A stretch of DNA of 64,000 nt, from contig JALJEE010002379.1 of NCBI GenBank assembly GCA_023231475.1, forward strand, positions 1 to 64,000, given 5' to 3'. Numbering within the stretch: position 1 is the first letter of the stretch; every line of letters starts with the position of its first letter. This document shows, one piece after another, positions 24,595 through 38,033 of the stretch. The position numbers and the translations under genes are program-made. This DNA comes from Seison nebaliae. Lineage: Eukaryota. A model generated the notes under the pieces. It was not told the DNA's origin. It saw only the letters and a program-made list of their open reading frames with translations, and searched no databases.

Positions 24595-27500
24595 ATGAAA
24601 CTCCTCAAGTTATTTCCATCTTCTCTAATAATCATATTGCTGCAATTCATCTGCTATGTTCTCACGCAGCATTCAATCAACGAACCATCAAATCATCATC
24701 ATTCACATCATCCCTCTTTGGAAGATGATTTCGGAGAGACGAATAACTTAAATCTTCCATCGCCACCGGTTGGCCATTCCCAACCTAATTGTCATGACAA
24801 CCAAGTTCCTCTTCATATTATAAATAATGTAATTTTTATGTAATTAGAATAATGGACAAATACTTCCAAATTGCCAAATGAAAAGGAGATTGTTATCAAT
24901 CAAAGATGATAATTATGAGAAAGATCAATTGAATGAAGCGAAAAGGAAATGTTGTGAGAAGAAACGACGAAGTTTAGAAGAAATTAATTCGAAGAATTTT
25001 CGACGGAATAAAAAAAAAGAAGAACCATCTTCTGAAGTTCCATCATCTGCAACGAAGAAAAGATTAACGAAAGAGAAATCGGATAATATCCCGAAAAAGA
25101 AGAAGAAAACGGAGAAAGTAGAAGAAGTTTTATCGAGAGTATCAAAAACGACAAAATCGGAACATGAAAAGAAAGAGAATAAGAAGAATGTGGAAGAATC
25201 GAAGAAACATACTAAGAAATCTGTCGCTGTCGATAAATCAGATAATCAGGAGAAAATGAAGAAAAATAAAACGACGTCAATTATGAGTGGTCATGAGAAG
25301 AAATCTATAAAACATTCAGAAACGAATGAGGAAACGAAAAAACTTCGAGAGAAAATTGGAAAAATGAAAGTTCCATCCGACTCTGCAAAGAAGATTATTC
25401 CATCAGCTCATGAACAAGAGAAATCGAAGAAATTGAAAGAGAATTTTCGAGAGGAGCGTAAACGTCAATTGGAAGACTCTGGTGTTGATCTATCGAAAGT
25501 GAAGAAGAGAAATGAGAAGACGAATGAAAAGAATGAGAATAAAGTAAAAGAAAAGAATGAGAATAAAGTAAAAGAAGAGAAGAGAAAGATGGTAGAAGAA
25601 CCGGAAAAAAAGGAGAAAGAAAAGGAAAAACTTCCAAAGAAAGTGAAAACGACTGATAAGAAATTGAAAGAAGAAGATTCGATGAAATTGTCACAAAATA
25701 AGAATAAGAAGCAAAAAGATGAGAAAGATAAGAAGGAAAAAGATGAAAATGTTGATGATCATTCGAATAATGATGTTAACGACGACGATAATGACAATGA
25801 TGAGAATGATGGATGGTTTGGAAAATTGACAAGTTTTATTAAAACCAGTTTTCTGATTGAAGACGAAGAGGAACTGCCAATTATTCATAATAAGAAAAGG
25901 AAATTAATGGAAGCGAAAGCAGTCACTTCTAATGATATTGGTGACTCTGATGAATTTGATGAAGAGGATGTGGAATATTTGGATCCCGAAGATGACGAAG
26001 ATGACGAAGATGGTGAAGTTGCTGACGATGACGACGATGATGACGAAGATGATGAAGAAATCGATGACGACAATGAAGTTGATGAAAATGAGAAAAATGA
26101 AGATGAAGATGATGAAAACGAACAGACTAACGAAACAGAAGAAGTAGAAGAAGACGAAGAAGAAATTGATGAAAACGAGAACGATGATGAAGATGAAGAA
26201 ATTGATGATGACGATGATCATGAATATGGAATAGATGATGATGATGATGATGATGAAGATGATGCAGATGATGAAGATGATGAATGTACCGAAGAAGATT
26301 GTAAACTTCATGAAATGCAGAAGAAAAGACCGAAACAAAATGAGATACAACTTGAGACTTTGGAGAATGTTGATAATGATGAAACTTCCCTATTTGGGAA
26401 TGGTGATGAGGATGTCGATGAAGATGAGGAAGAAGATCAGGAAGATATTGAAAAAGTACAGGAAGATGATGAGGAAGAAATTGATGATGAAGAAGATGAT
26501 GAAGAAATTGATGAAGATGAAGAAGAAGTTGATGATGGTGAAGAAGAAGTTGATGATGATGAAGAAGAAGAAGTGGATGATGATGATGATGATAATAATG
26601 AAGTAAGTGAGGATGATGACAATGATGATGAGGATGATGATGAAGATAATAAATTAGAAGATGATGAATTAGAAGATGAAGATGATGAAGATGAAGATGA
26701 AGATGAAGATGATGAAGATGAAGATGAAGATGACGAGGAAGATGAACCGGAAATAAAAGAAGCATCCGTTTTGAAGAAACCGGGAAGAAAACCGTTATGG
26801 TTAACTGATGAAAATTTAGTAGGTCGAGTTGGTGGATTGATGGCAGCCATTCAATCAACTAATATGAAACGAGTATCAGAAAATGAGCAATATAGTGTGG
26901 TCGGAGCGAAAAAGAAGAAGAAAGTCATTTCACCAGGTGTCCCTCATTCGTCTTATAGGAAGAAAGGTTCTTCATATGAAAGTAAAAATCTTCATCCTCC
27001 ATCACCACAACAAACGGAAGAAGAAATAGATGATTTGCCTGTAATGAAGAAGATAAAGAAGAAACCAAATCGTCCTAAAAGTCAATTGAAAGTTGAAGCG
27101 AAGTCGAAAGACACAAAATCTCCGAAAAAAGTTTTCAAGAAGAAAATTGATAATAATCTCAATGAAAAGAATAATAAGATTCTTCAATCAATAATGAAAG
27201 GCATTAAACCTTCAGTCGGTTTCCCTTATCGTTATCGTTACAGTCGATGGTTGGCGGCACATGGACTTGATAAAGATTCTTTGAAAAATAATAGAAATAT
27301 TCAAGAGAAATTCAGAGAATCGAAGAAAAATGAAATAAAACCGAAGAAAATCAAATGGAATGACGACGGAAAACCAAAAGTTGGATTCGAATATCGTTAT
27401 CGTATCGGTCGTTATCTCAGTACCTTGTCACCAAAACAAAGACAATTCGTTCTTTCGCAAATGAAGAAGAAAATGCCAATAAAGATGTTAAAAGAAGAAG

Positions 27501-28897
27501 TGAATAAACATCTTAAAAATAAAGGAATGAAAATTGATGATGATGACGACGACGACGATGAGGACGATGATGATGATAATGATGATAGAAAATCTAATGA
27601 TGACGACCATGATGACGATGATGATGTTAAGGATAATACCAAATTCGATTGTCTTTCTGGTAAACCGAGAGTCGGTTTTGAATATCGATATCGAATCAAT
27701 CGTAAATATGGAACTGATTGGAAAGGAAAATTTGATAAGGAAGTGGCTGATTGTATTGAGAAAGGTTTCCAATTACCGTGGATGACGGGTGAGAAGAAGC
27801 AAAAGAAACATTTGAAAAGAGAAGTAAAAACGAAAGTGAAGAAAACTGGAAAGAAAGTTTTGAAGAAATTTGACGTGAAGAAATTGAGTGAAAAACAAAA
27901 GAAAGTTGGAATCGAACATCGATATCGATTATCGAATAAATATGGACATTTAATGACAGAAGAGGAAAAGAACAAATTGCGTTATCCCGAACCAGATACG
28001 AGTGATATTCCATCATCATCATCATCCAAATCTAGTTCGTCATTTGTCCATTGGGAACATGGTGAAATTCGGAAATTAACTAAAGAAAGATTACTGGAAT
28101 TAGTGAATGAAGATGGAGTCATTAATTATGATAAGATGACGGATAAAGAAAAGAAAGTTGGATTTGGTTCTCGTTATCGAATATTCTCAATGATCAAATA
28201 TAATGTCGATCGTTTCAACCTCCCAATTACTATCAAAAGACCAGATGCTCATGAACTATATGAAAAGGCTAAAACGAAAGGCCAATTCACTCAAACAGTC
28301 ATACCGGCCAAACCGAAAAAGATGAAAGCAGATGAATTTGGCAAACCGTTAGTTGGTTTTCCATATCGCTATCGAATTAGTCGTTGGCTCGAAGAAGGAA
28401 ATAATCGCCAAAGTGCCATCGGTCAAAAATATTTGGCGACATTCTTCAAAAAACAAATGAAGATTGAATCAACGAAGAAGAAGAGTGAGAGACCAACAAA
28501 AGTGAAAATGACAACAATAAAACAAACGGAACAACCGTCGGAACAACCAAAAAAAATGAAAAAGAGAATTATAAAAAAAATAACATCAACTCCATCCATA
28601 GAAAAGACACCCGTAATTAAAACAATAACTAAATCTACAACAAATCCCCAAACCGTAACAAAGATACCCGTAATAGACACCCCAACGAACCCCACGAAAA
28701 AACCTGTAACTTCGACATCCACATCATCGCCATCGACCACCACTCCAACCATCTCTGTGAAGGGTAACATAAAGAAGACACAAAAAAGTAAAAATCAAGT
28801 AACGAAATCGCCAACGACCTCTACAACTGAAGGAATTACTACAACTGGTAAGAAAACGGGAAAGAAACCAATAAAGAAAACGGCGACTAATAATTAA
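24595..28897 (+). CDS. ~1419-aa predicted secreted/luminal protein: signal peptide, His patch, Lys/Glu region, Asp/Glu tract, six VG(F/I)xxRYR repeats, Thr/Lys tail
   Basis: Exon 1 (24595-24804, MKLLKLFPSSLIIILLQFICYVLT...) joins in frame to the 1339-aa ORF via a 43-nt GTTCCT...TAG intron (24805-24847). Confidence 0.8.
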
Positions 28898-29629
28898 TGA
28901 ATTTCTTTCTATGTTTCTTTTTGATAATATCCATTTGATAACATTTTCCAAATGACAAAGAGAATTGGTAATAATGACAAATATTCTCTGGAGGGAAATG
29001 GATTCGATTGATAATCTGATTTGATGAAAACAAATCAAACGATCTTTAACAAAAAATACATAACATAGTGTTAGCTTCATCTCTTCAATATCTCTCTCTC
29101 TCTTTTTTTCGTAAAATTATCTAATAAACCATTTATTTTTTACATATATTCATATCTGCAAAAAAAAATCTGCTCATTCGACACCAAACCCACTTAATAT
29201 GATCACAATTTCGATTATTTTTTAGACGGTATATTATCATAAGAAAACTTCACGAAATCATAGAATGGATTGAATAATTGTTTTTCTATTTCCTTCGTTG
29301 AAAGACGAATAATCGTTGAAAATCATTTACATAATTTCTTTTTTATATTTCCTGTCAAATTTATAATAATTTGGCACTATGTTTTTGTGAGAAATTTTTT
29401 TAAATTTTTTTTTAAATTTTCATTAGTTTCCTTTTCATATATTGGATGTGAATTGAATAATTCTGTTATACTCATCATCAATTTCTCTCATTAATTTAAT
29501 TAAAAAAACCTTTACAATTATCATCATTATTTTATAGTTCTCAAAGAACTATTTGAAGATAAGGAAAATTTAATAAAAAGGAAAAATGGAGGAACTGTAT
29601 TGGGGGAAGAAAGAGATGATATTCAGTTC

Positions 29630-31687
29630 TCACCGAATTATCATTATTGTTTGTTCATTAATCGATTGAGTTGAATCGATATCGATAAATTGTTCTTTCG
29701 CCAAATGAGTAGATGTAGGAAAAGAATTTACCACAATTTCTTCATCATCCGTTATTTTCTTTATATTAATCTTTTGCACTCGAATTATATTGATCAAATC
29801 ATCATCATTCTCATTTCCATCACCATTTCCTTCAACAACAACTGGCGCTTCCGTTTTCGATTTTGTTGTTGTTGGTTTTTCTGATGATAGATAAGGAAAA
29901 CTTTCCAATGACAATTTAGTTAATTCGGGAATTATTGGAGCTTTATTAATTGTTGTATTGATCGTGGAATTAGTTCGAACATACATCGGTGAACGAAGAT
30001 AACGATTGAAAGATGACCGTTTAATCATACAACAAATTTCGTGATTCATCATTTCGCCCAATAATCTCTCCATGACATTCGTACACAATTCCTGATTCTC
30101 ATCACCAGTAACTTCGATGAATATTCTTTTCGATTTCGTCGTAATTTTTGTATGTTCCGAGTTGGACAAAGGAGGCAATGAGATGATATTTCCACTACCA
30201 TCCTGAAAGAATGAGAAGAAGGGAGAACGACGACATTTAATCAAATATTCATTCGCTGCAGTAAATTTTTGTTTTTTCACTTGTTTTCGTTGTTGATCGG
30301 CTTCGTCGTATTTCAATTTGTGGAATTCGGCCCCCGTCATCATTTTCGATCTTCCTAACGGTTTAAACTTCAATTTCCCAATAAGTTGTTTTTAAGAGAA
30401 AAAGAAGAGAACTCACTTGAATGCCCTGTGCTTTACCACATAAATAAAGGATATTATCTTTAATCAATTCGAGATCGTGTGTTCCAATCGTCGCTGCCAA
30501 TCTATGTTGACATAAATCAGCATGTAATTTATTCTATGAAAGAAATTCAATAAGAATTCGTCGATCCATCTAATATTTCTAAGAAGGAACTTGAATATTA
30601 AGAAATTGTCTCATTTTTCCCGTACTCTCCAAATCCACATCATGAACAACACAACAAACAATATACGGACGTCTAGTCAATGCTTTGACAGTTGCTCGAA
30701 CTAAGAAATAATTGAAATTTGAATTGAAAATTATTCATCATAATTAAATAATATTTAAATGATAATAAAGATAATTATTTTAAATGAGAATAATTAAGAG
30801 GAAATTGAACTTTCTAATGGAGATTGTTCTTTCGATTCGATCACTTGAATATATTTTGAACATTTTAATATTTTCTCTAAATTATTCTCTTCTTTTTCTT
30901 TCTTCTTTTTCGCTTCTTTTATTCGATTGGAACTTGGACATTTCGCACCGTCAGTTTTATCGATATATTCTCGAATCAATTTCGCCGGTTTCTTTTGATC
31001 CACCAACTTTTTCAATCGTCGATCTTTCAATGGATTATGTCTCAATTGAATCGACGTTAATTTAATCAATTCGCCAATATTACAATTGAATACATCTTCC
31101 AATTCATTTCCAGATAAGTCCAACGTCTTCAAATGTAATTCCATCGATTGGAATGTGGCATCGATTTTCTCAATCTGATTATCACTCAAATCCAAATGTA
31201 GAAGTGAAGGAATAGTAGTCAAATTAGATTTGATCGTTGTCAATCCATTATTTGATATATCGATATCTAACAATTTCGTTAAATTCGTCGTATCAATATC
31301 GAATGATTCCAATTGATTATTATTAAGATTAATCGATTTCAAACTTTCACAATCCTTCAACGATTCAGGTAATGATTTGATTTGATTAAAGGAGACATCG
31401 AAATTCTCCAATTTCCTTAAATATCCAAATGTTTCAGGTAATGTCTCCAACTGATTATGATCTAATGACAATTTCTTCAAGTTCGTCAATTGAGACAATT
31501 GATTAGGAAGTGATTTGAGAATGGTTTGAGATATCTCCAAAAAATTCATCACTTTCAATTTGAATAACTTCTCTGGTAATTCACCATTCTCCTTTGATTT
31601 GAAACGATTGGATATCTCTTCTCCTCGGAGAACCATTTCATGTTGATTCGTTTCAATAAACCGATCGATTTCTGGCCACCAACTCAT
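29630..31687 (-). CDS. LRRC47: Leucine-rich repeat protein 47 (LRRs plus PheRS-beta B3/4 domain), 4 exons
   Basis: LRR array, NPLKDRRLKKLVDQ, RPYIVCCVV, Q|NKLHADLCQHRLAATIGTHDL, IISLPPLSNSEHTKI, IFIEVT. Confidence 0.9.
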
Positions 31688-31949
31688 TTCTTTATACAAA
31701 TAAATTAACTAGTGGAAATTATTCGATATATTCTAAAATTGACTTTTTCCCCGTTGTATTTATAATGATACAATAAATGAAACGTGCAAGTTGATAATTG
31801 GCAAAGAATTGGTTGGAGCGAAATTTTTGAAAAAATCGTTTTTCTTCTTAATTCACTTTTCATTTGAAGATTGATTCGTTTCCATAGGAATTATATCAAC
31901 AAATAGAAAATCGTGCTAGAAAAAAACTTATCGAGAACTAAAGAATTCT

Positions 31950-33361
31950 ATGGCTAATTTGACACATTTGTTGGACCGACCACAACGGTTCACTCATCCC
32001 GAATGGAGGAGAACGAACAAAGATAAACATTTGATGTCGGAGATCGATAGACGCAATGCCGAACTATTATGTGCCACATCTGAACAGACAGATTTAGCTT
32101 CGATTGAAGTCAACACGAAAAATGTGAATGATGTCAATCAACAATTGGATGTTCGAATAGATGACATCGATTATTGGAAGAAAGAATTGGAAAGGAAACT
32201 TGACGATTTGAAGAAGGAAACTGATTATTTGTTAACATATAAAAATCGGTTAATTCATTCCGTTGACGATCTCGTTGAACCGATGAAGATCACTCGATTA
32301 TGTCTATCAGAACGGTAAAATTTTCCATTAGTGTTTTTCTCTCATTAAACTCTTCTCGTTTAGAGAGAAACGAACGGATATCGATTTGGTTCATGATGAA
32401 GTACAAATGAATTTATTGAAAGAAGAAACGATCAATGATGGATGTAAAAATTTGTTGGAGAAAACATTGAGCGATGTGGAGGAACAATTGAGATTAAATC
32501 GGAAATATATTTATCAATTGGAACAAGATATTAAGGGGAAAGAGAAGAGTAAGAATATTGACGAATATACGAAAGAATTATCTGAAGAGAATTCAAATCT
32601 TCAATTCCATTCTGATGAAATTAAACGAACTTCATCCAAGTTCCTTTCTTTCTTTTAATTTTTATCTTAATTTAAATTTATCTCTTTTTATAATTATTAG
32701 TGCACTCACTCCAAATGAATGGAAAGAATTGAGTAATCAACTCATCATTAAAGCGGAAAATACAAGATCTCAATCCGAACAACTTCGACGAATTGCACAA
32801 CAAATCATCGAACAAACAACGAACGATATCAATTCGCAAATACACAAAACGAACGTCGCTTTCGAAAATCGAATATTTGAAGAGAAATTAGCGAAAGCAA
32901 AATTAGAAGATCAAATTAAAGAAGTCGATCAACAAATTCGTAATTTGGAGGAAGTTGAGAAATTGTTGGACGGTTCGATCCGGAAACGATTTAGTGAAAT
33001 TAAATTAACTCACACCAGACTCGATTCACGCAACGATCGGAAAGATGCAGAATTGTGTGCAGATCCTGCGCATTTCGCTTTATTGAAACAAGTTCATTCA
33101 AATTCTCTTCTAATTATTTACTAAAATTTATATTCTTCTAACTAAATTTTACTTGTTATGGGAATTTAGTTGGCGGAAAATGAATGTAATTTAGAACGTT
33201 TGCAATCATTGGTGATGAATGCGGAGAAACAATTGAGGAAACTGAAAGCAGATCGTTTAATGTTATATCAAGATTTAGCAACAAAAACGAATACGATTCA
33301 TATTGATGAAGCGACATGTTTGGAAGGATTCCGTAAATCATTGAAAATCCGTCATCAATAA
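31950..33361 (+). CDS. TEKT1: Tektin, most like tektin-1, 4 exons
   Basis: PQRFTHPEW, RIDDIDYWKKEL, CLSER|EKRTDIDLVHDEVQMNLLKE, TRLDSR..ELCAD, KTNTIHIDEATC. The paralogue assignment is by eye. Confidence 0.82.
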
Positions 33362-33482
33362 TACGCGAAATAAATTTATTTCAAAATAATTCTTTAAAAT
33401 GATAATTTGAGATGGAAATTTTTAGTTTTTTTTTTCTCATAACACAAAAATAAAATGTATGAGAATGTTCCAAATGATTAAT

Positions 33483-35318
33483 TCAAATATCTTTGAAGAC
33501 ATCATGTCGTTGGAATTTTTTCCCTAATTCCACTTCTTCCTTCATTTCGTCATGTCGATGAGAGGATGAATAACGTTTCCGTTGTTCTTCATTAAATGAT
33601 CGATGATGTCTTAGAATTTGGTTGTCTTTAAGAATTGTGGGATCTTTTTGATTTAATCGTTCTAAAAGAGAAAAAATGAATTAAATGGTCAAATGAAATT
33701 GAGAAGAACCTTTCTTCACGATGAGTTTACCTTGTGTTATTAAATCGTCAGAATCAGCATATGAGGAAATGCTGAAAACGTCGAAACCGAATAAATAAAG
33801 AATTCGACGTTCTACTCGAAAATAGACGAGTGAACAAATGATGAGAATACAAGAAGGAAAATAAATGTTGAATCCTTTAGAAAGAAATGGAATCAAATTG
33901 AATTTTCCCATCACTCGAGCAAACGTCGTTTCATGTCGAACGTTATGTAAATGTGTCATACCAATGAAATTGTAGCAGAGTGCAGATGTTAATCGACAGA
34001 GCCATAATCCGGAAAAGATGAGACTATTCTCGTTCGTGGAATGTTTAGGAGCGAAATAGAAATAATCGAAAATTCTCACGGAGAGAATGGTGGAATATGA
34101 GCAGATACATAAATGTGCTAATGCCATTCCATAAATGAAGGAGAGGAACGTATAATTTCTATCCTTCTCTCCCAACAATGCATAGAGAGATAATACAGGT
34201 GAATTGATCCAGAAAGTTCCTTCGTTCCATAAGACGATGAGTGACCAAATTGTAAGAAGTAGAGCGATCAATTTTAATAAAAGTGAACGACATCGAACAA
34301 AGACAAATCGATATAATGTCGATTGATCATTAGTGGTAGTAAGAATCTCTTCCAATCGTCCACATTCTTTCAACTTCATTCTATACAATGCCAACCATCG
34401 TCTCAGTGAATGAGTCTTCTTTCTGACATCTGTATGAATTCGAACATATTCCTCATATTTGTCATGAGAATAAAAATCGATATCATTCGAATATTTATTT
34501 TGATCTTCCACACAATTTTCTGATCGTTTACAATTCCCTCCATTTCTTAATGATAAACATTCTCGTAATTCTTTCAATATTAACCATTTATATTGATTGT
34601 TGATTGGGAGAGCAATTGCATCTGATAATAATTGTTCACAATCAGCGACACATTCAATTTTGTTATCTTCGAATCGTGCCAAATCATAATAAGCGTGTTG
34701 TAATGATTCTTTCAATAATGACTTATTATAGACATTTCGTGGAATTTGAATTAATCCACTACCCAACAACAGAACGAGTAAGAACAATCCCCATGTATTT
34801 GATGCTAATGAGATGACCGTACGAATTTGCATCCAATTCAATGAATAATTTACACAAACATAAATAAAGAGAATAATGATGACTAATAAGTATGTACCAT
34901 AATAGAGAATGTTGGAGATGAATGCTCTCTTCAATTTATCTCGTAACAAAAATTCACCACTACGAGCGAATGATTGAAGAAATGGAAGAATTAGCCAACT
35001 CAACATTTGCGATCCCCAATATAACACTCTCCATAACACTCGCAACACATTCTCCGACACATTGAACACTTTGCCACAATTCGTCACTTCTGTACCATTC
35101 TTACCATTCGATGATTCATCATGTCGACAATTCTCATAAATCGTCAACGAAATATCGATGGGAAGAAGAACGATGATTGTTAAGGAGAAGATCCATGAAA
35201 TGAACACTGTGAATAAAATGAATTTATTTTGTCTCCTCACATCGCCAAATTCGTAAAGAACAACACCGACACTCACATAAACGATTATTAATAAAATGAT
35301 GACAGGAACAGGAATCAT
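33483..35318 (-). CDS. LMBRD2: LMBR1-domain multi-pass membrane protein 2, 2 exons
   Basis: LPIDIS, LWRVLYWGSQMLSWLILPFLQS, ASNTWGLFLLVLLLG.GL, SLIFSGLWLCRLT, GFNIYFP; ends DVFKDI*. Confidence 0.92.
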
Positions 35319-36117
35319 ATCAAAAATAATAAAATTAATTTCTTCTTTTTCTCATATGACAATTTATTAATTTATCTTCTTTATTTGGGAAATGGAAATT
35401 GTGAAAATTTTTCATGAATATTTATTTAAATAATTAATGGGAAACAAGAAGAAAAATTACACATTATTTTTTTTTTCCTTTTCGAATTAATTTAAGAAGA
35501 ACTTATTGAAAAACATCTGCAAAATCGAATTAATAATAAAAAATTAAATTTTCTCCTTAACTTTAATTTTTTTCAAAATTTTCTTCAAAAAATTTTTTAG
35601 GTAAATTATTTAAAAATTTCATTTGAGAAACATCAAATTGTTGAAATGGAAATTTTCAAAATTTATTTTTTTCATTTCAAAACTTTCGATTAGGGATCAG
35701 TGAGAGGAAAAAAGCGAATAAGAATTCGATTGGATAAAGCTTTCAATTTTTTGCAAATAATATAATTCTACTTCGATTTTTCCAATTATCTTTTAATTTC
35801 TCCTATAATTCGACGAATAGAAATTGAGAAGCATAAAACTGAGTTTGGTTTCGTCGATAAAAATGAATTGAAGATTGGTTGAAATTAGAAGCTTATACGA
35901 AAGAAATTCGTATATTTAGTTCGTGTATCATCCGTTTCATTCATTTATTTTCGGTTTTTTTCCGTTCAATTGTTCAAAAGTATTTTCATTCTATTTAAAA
36001 GCGGAAATAGAAAATATATCTTTTCAATTTTTTCACTTTTAATATAAATTTTATCGTTTTTTTCTCGTTAGAAATCTTTTCCATTTTTCTCGCAAATAGA
36101 CGACGAATTCAATCAAT

Positions 36118-38033
36118 ATGATGTCTAATCGACCCGATCTTCCCAGAACACTGTTGGTACTTCATGTTGTAGTGGATGAATAAATTTTTTTTGTAGATAT
36201 GTTGGCAATCTGGATCCGCAGATTGGAGAACAATTACTAACAACGATCTTTCGTCAATTGGGAGAATTGCGAAATTGTAAAGTGATTCGAGAAGTTTATT
36301 CTTTTTCTTGTGAGAAATGACATTCATATTTCTTTAATAGCCGAATAACGAAGTGTATGCATTCATCGAATACACTTGTCCACAATCAGCTCAAAACGCA
36401 TTGAACATTATGAATGGACGTAAATGTCTCGATCGAGTTTAGTTCATTTTTTCATATTTTGTCTATGAGAGAATGAATTTTGAGTGAATATAATTTGTAT
36501 AAAAATTCGTTTGTCGATATGGCTTCTCGTCTTATGAGAAATTCTTTTTTTCTCATGAACATGATAAGAATCGTCAACGACCACCATCATCATCGCCGTT
36601 GTCGTGAGAACGAGGAATTTTTTTTATCGAAAAATGAAATTTCTTTTAAATTTCTCATTTTTTCTTCCCCAAATTATTTATTTGTTCTCTCGCTAATTGT
36701 CGTGATTGTTGATGTTTAATCCACATGTCTATTCTTCTCAATTATTGGCTTCGAATTTACTCTCTGATGTTTATCGGAAAGCGATAACAGGTGAATCGAT
36801 AGCTATCACACCATTCGGCTATGTTCCTATTTCGATGTTGTCCGTCGCCTCTCGTATGTATCGACGTGTTTGAGAAATTTTTATATGAATAAAAATTATT
36901 TGAAATATTTAAAATTTTTTTCGTATTTTTAGGAGATTCGTGTCAATTGGGCAAGTAGTGCGACATCGAACACTAAAGTCGATACATCAAGTTAATAAAT
37001 TATATTTCGAATGAATTTATTTTTAAATAAATTTCAAAGAACATTTCCATGTGTTTGTCGGAGATTTGTCACAAGAGGTCGATGTCGATCAATTACGAGA
37101 AGCATTCCAATCGTTTGGAGAGATATCGGATGTGAAAGTGGTTCGTGATGCACAATCGAATAAACCAAAAGGATATGGATTCGTCTCATTCGTCAATCGA
37201 GAAGTTTAATATTTGTTTATGGGAAAATTTTTATAAAAAAATCTATTTATAGAATGCAGAAGTTGCTATCGAATCGATGAATGGTCATTGGTTGGGTCTG
37301 CGACAAATTCGAACGAATTGGGCGACAAGAAAAGTCCAACCTGAATCTGCGCGTTAAATTTTATTTGATTGTTTAAAAAATTCAAATAATTTCCGTTTAT
37401 TTTTATGTGGGACAATTGGTCATTGTGTAGAATATTCGAAGATGGACTACTCGGAAGTGTTCAATCGAGCTAGTGAATCAAATACAACTGTCTATGTTGG
37501 AAATCTTCCCGAGACGTTGTGTGACGAGGAGAAATTGAAGACACATTTTTCAGCGTTCGGAGAAATTAAAGAAGTTCGAGTATTCAAAGATAAAGGATTC
37601 GCTTTTATTCGGTTTCATTAATTTATCTTTATTTTTTTCATAATTTTAATTATTTAATAGATATTCTTCGAAAGGAAATGCATGTCAAGCGATTGTATCG
37701 ATGCATGGAGTTGAATTGCAGAATAGTGCAATCAAATGTTCGTGGGGAAAGGAGTCGGAAGCGACGAGTACCGTACAACCAGCACGTTCGGGTCCCATTC
37801 CACATATGTTGCCTGAACAACCGACACCATCACATGGTCAATACCAACAATATCCACAACAGAACAACAATCAACCATGGGGAAATTATGCGAACTATAA
37901 CAATATGTCTGCCCAGAATCCAGTACAATCATCGAATGGATTTTCTGGAGGAATGGGTCAACCACAACCGCCGACGCCGTTTGGTTTCAATTATTGGGAT
38001 AACAACGCTGGACCACCACCACCACCCCGATAA
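36118..38033 (+). CDS. TIA1: TIA-1/TIAR (Rox8-like) RNA-binding protein: three RRMs plus Q/N/P-rich tail, 8 exons
   Basis: [76 protein letters not shown]. Seven GTT introns. TIA1 versus TIAL1 cannot be separated (the split is a vertebrate duplication). Confidence 0.93.

Noticed and set aside
25395..28770. Many overlapping antisense and off-frame ORFs (poly-Ser, His, Met, Ile)
   Set aside because: Shadows of the GAT/GAA-rich low-complexity coding strand.
13754..33361. Apparent cluster of ciliary genes (WDR34, calaxin, tektin)
   Set aside because: Interspersed with unrelated genes; ciliary genes are numerous enough for chance co-occurrence.
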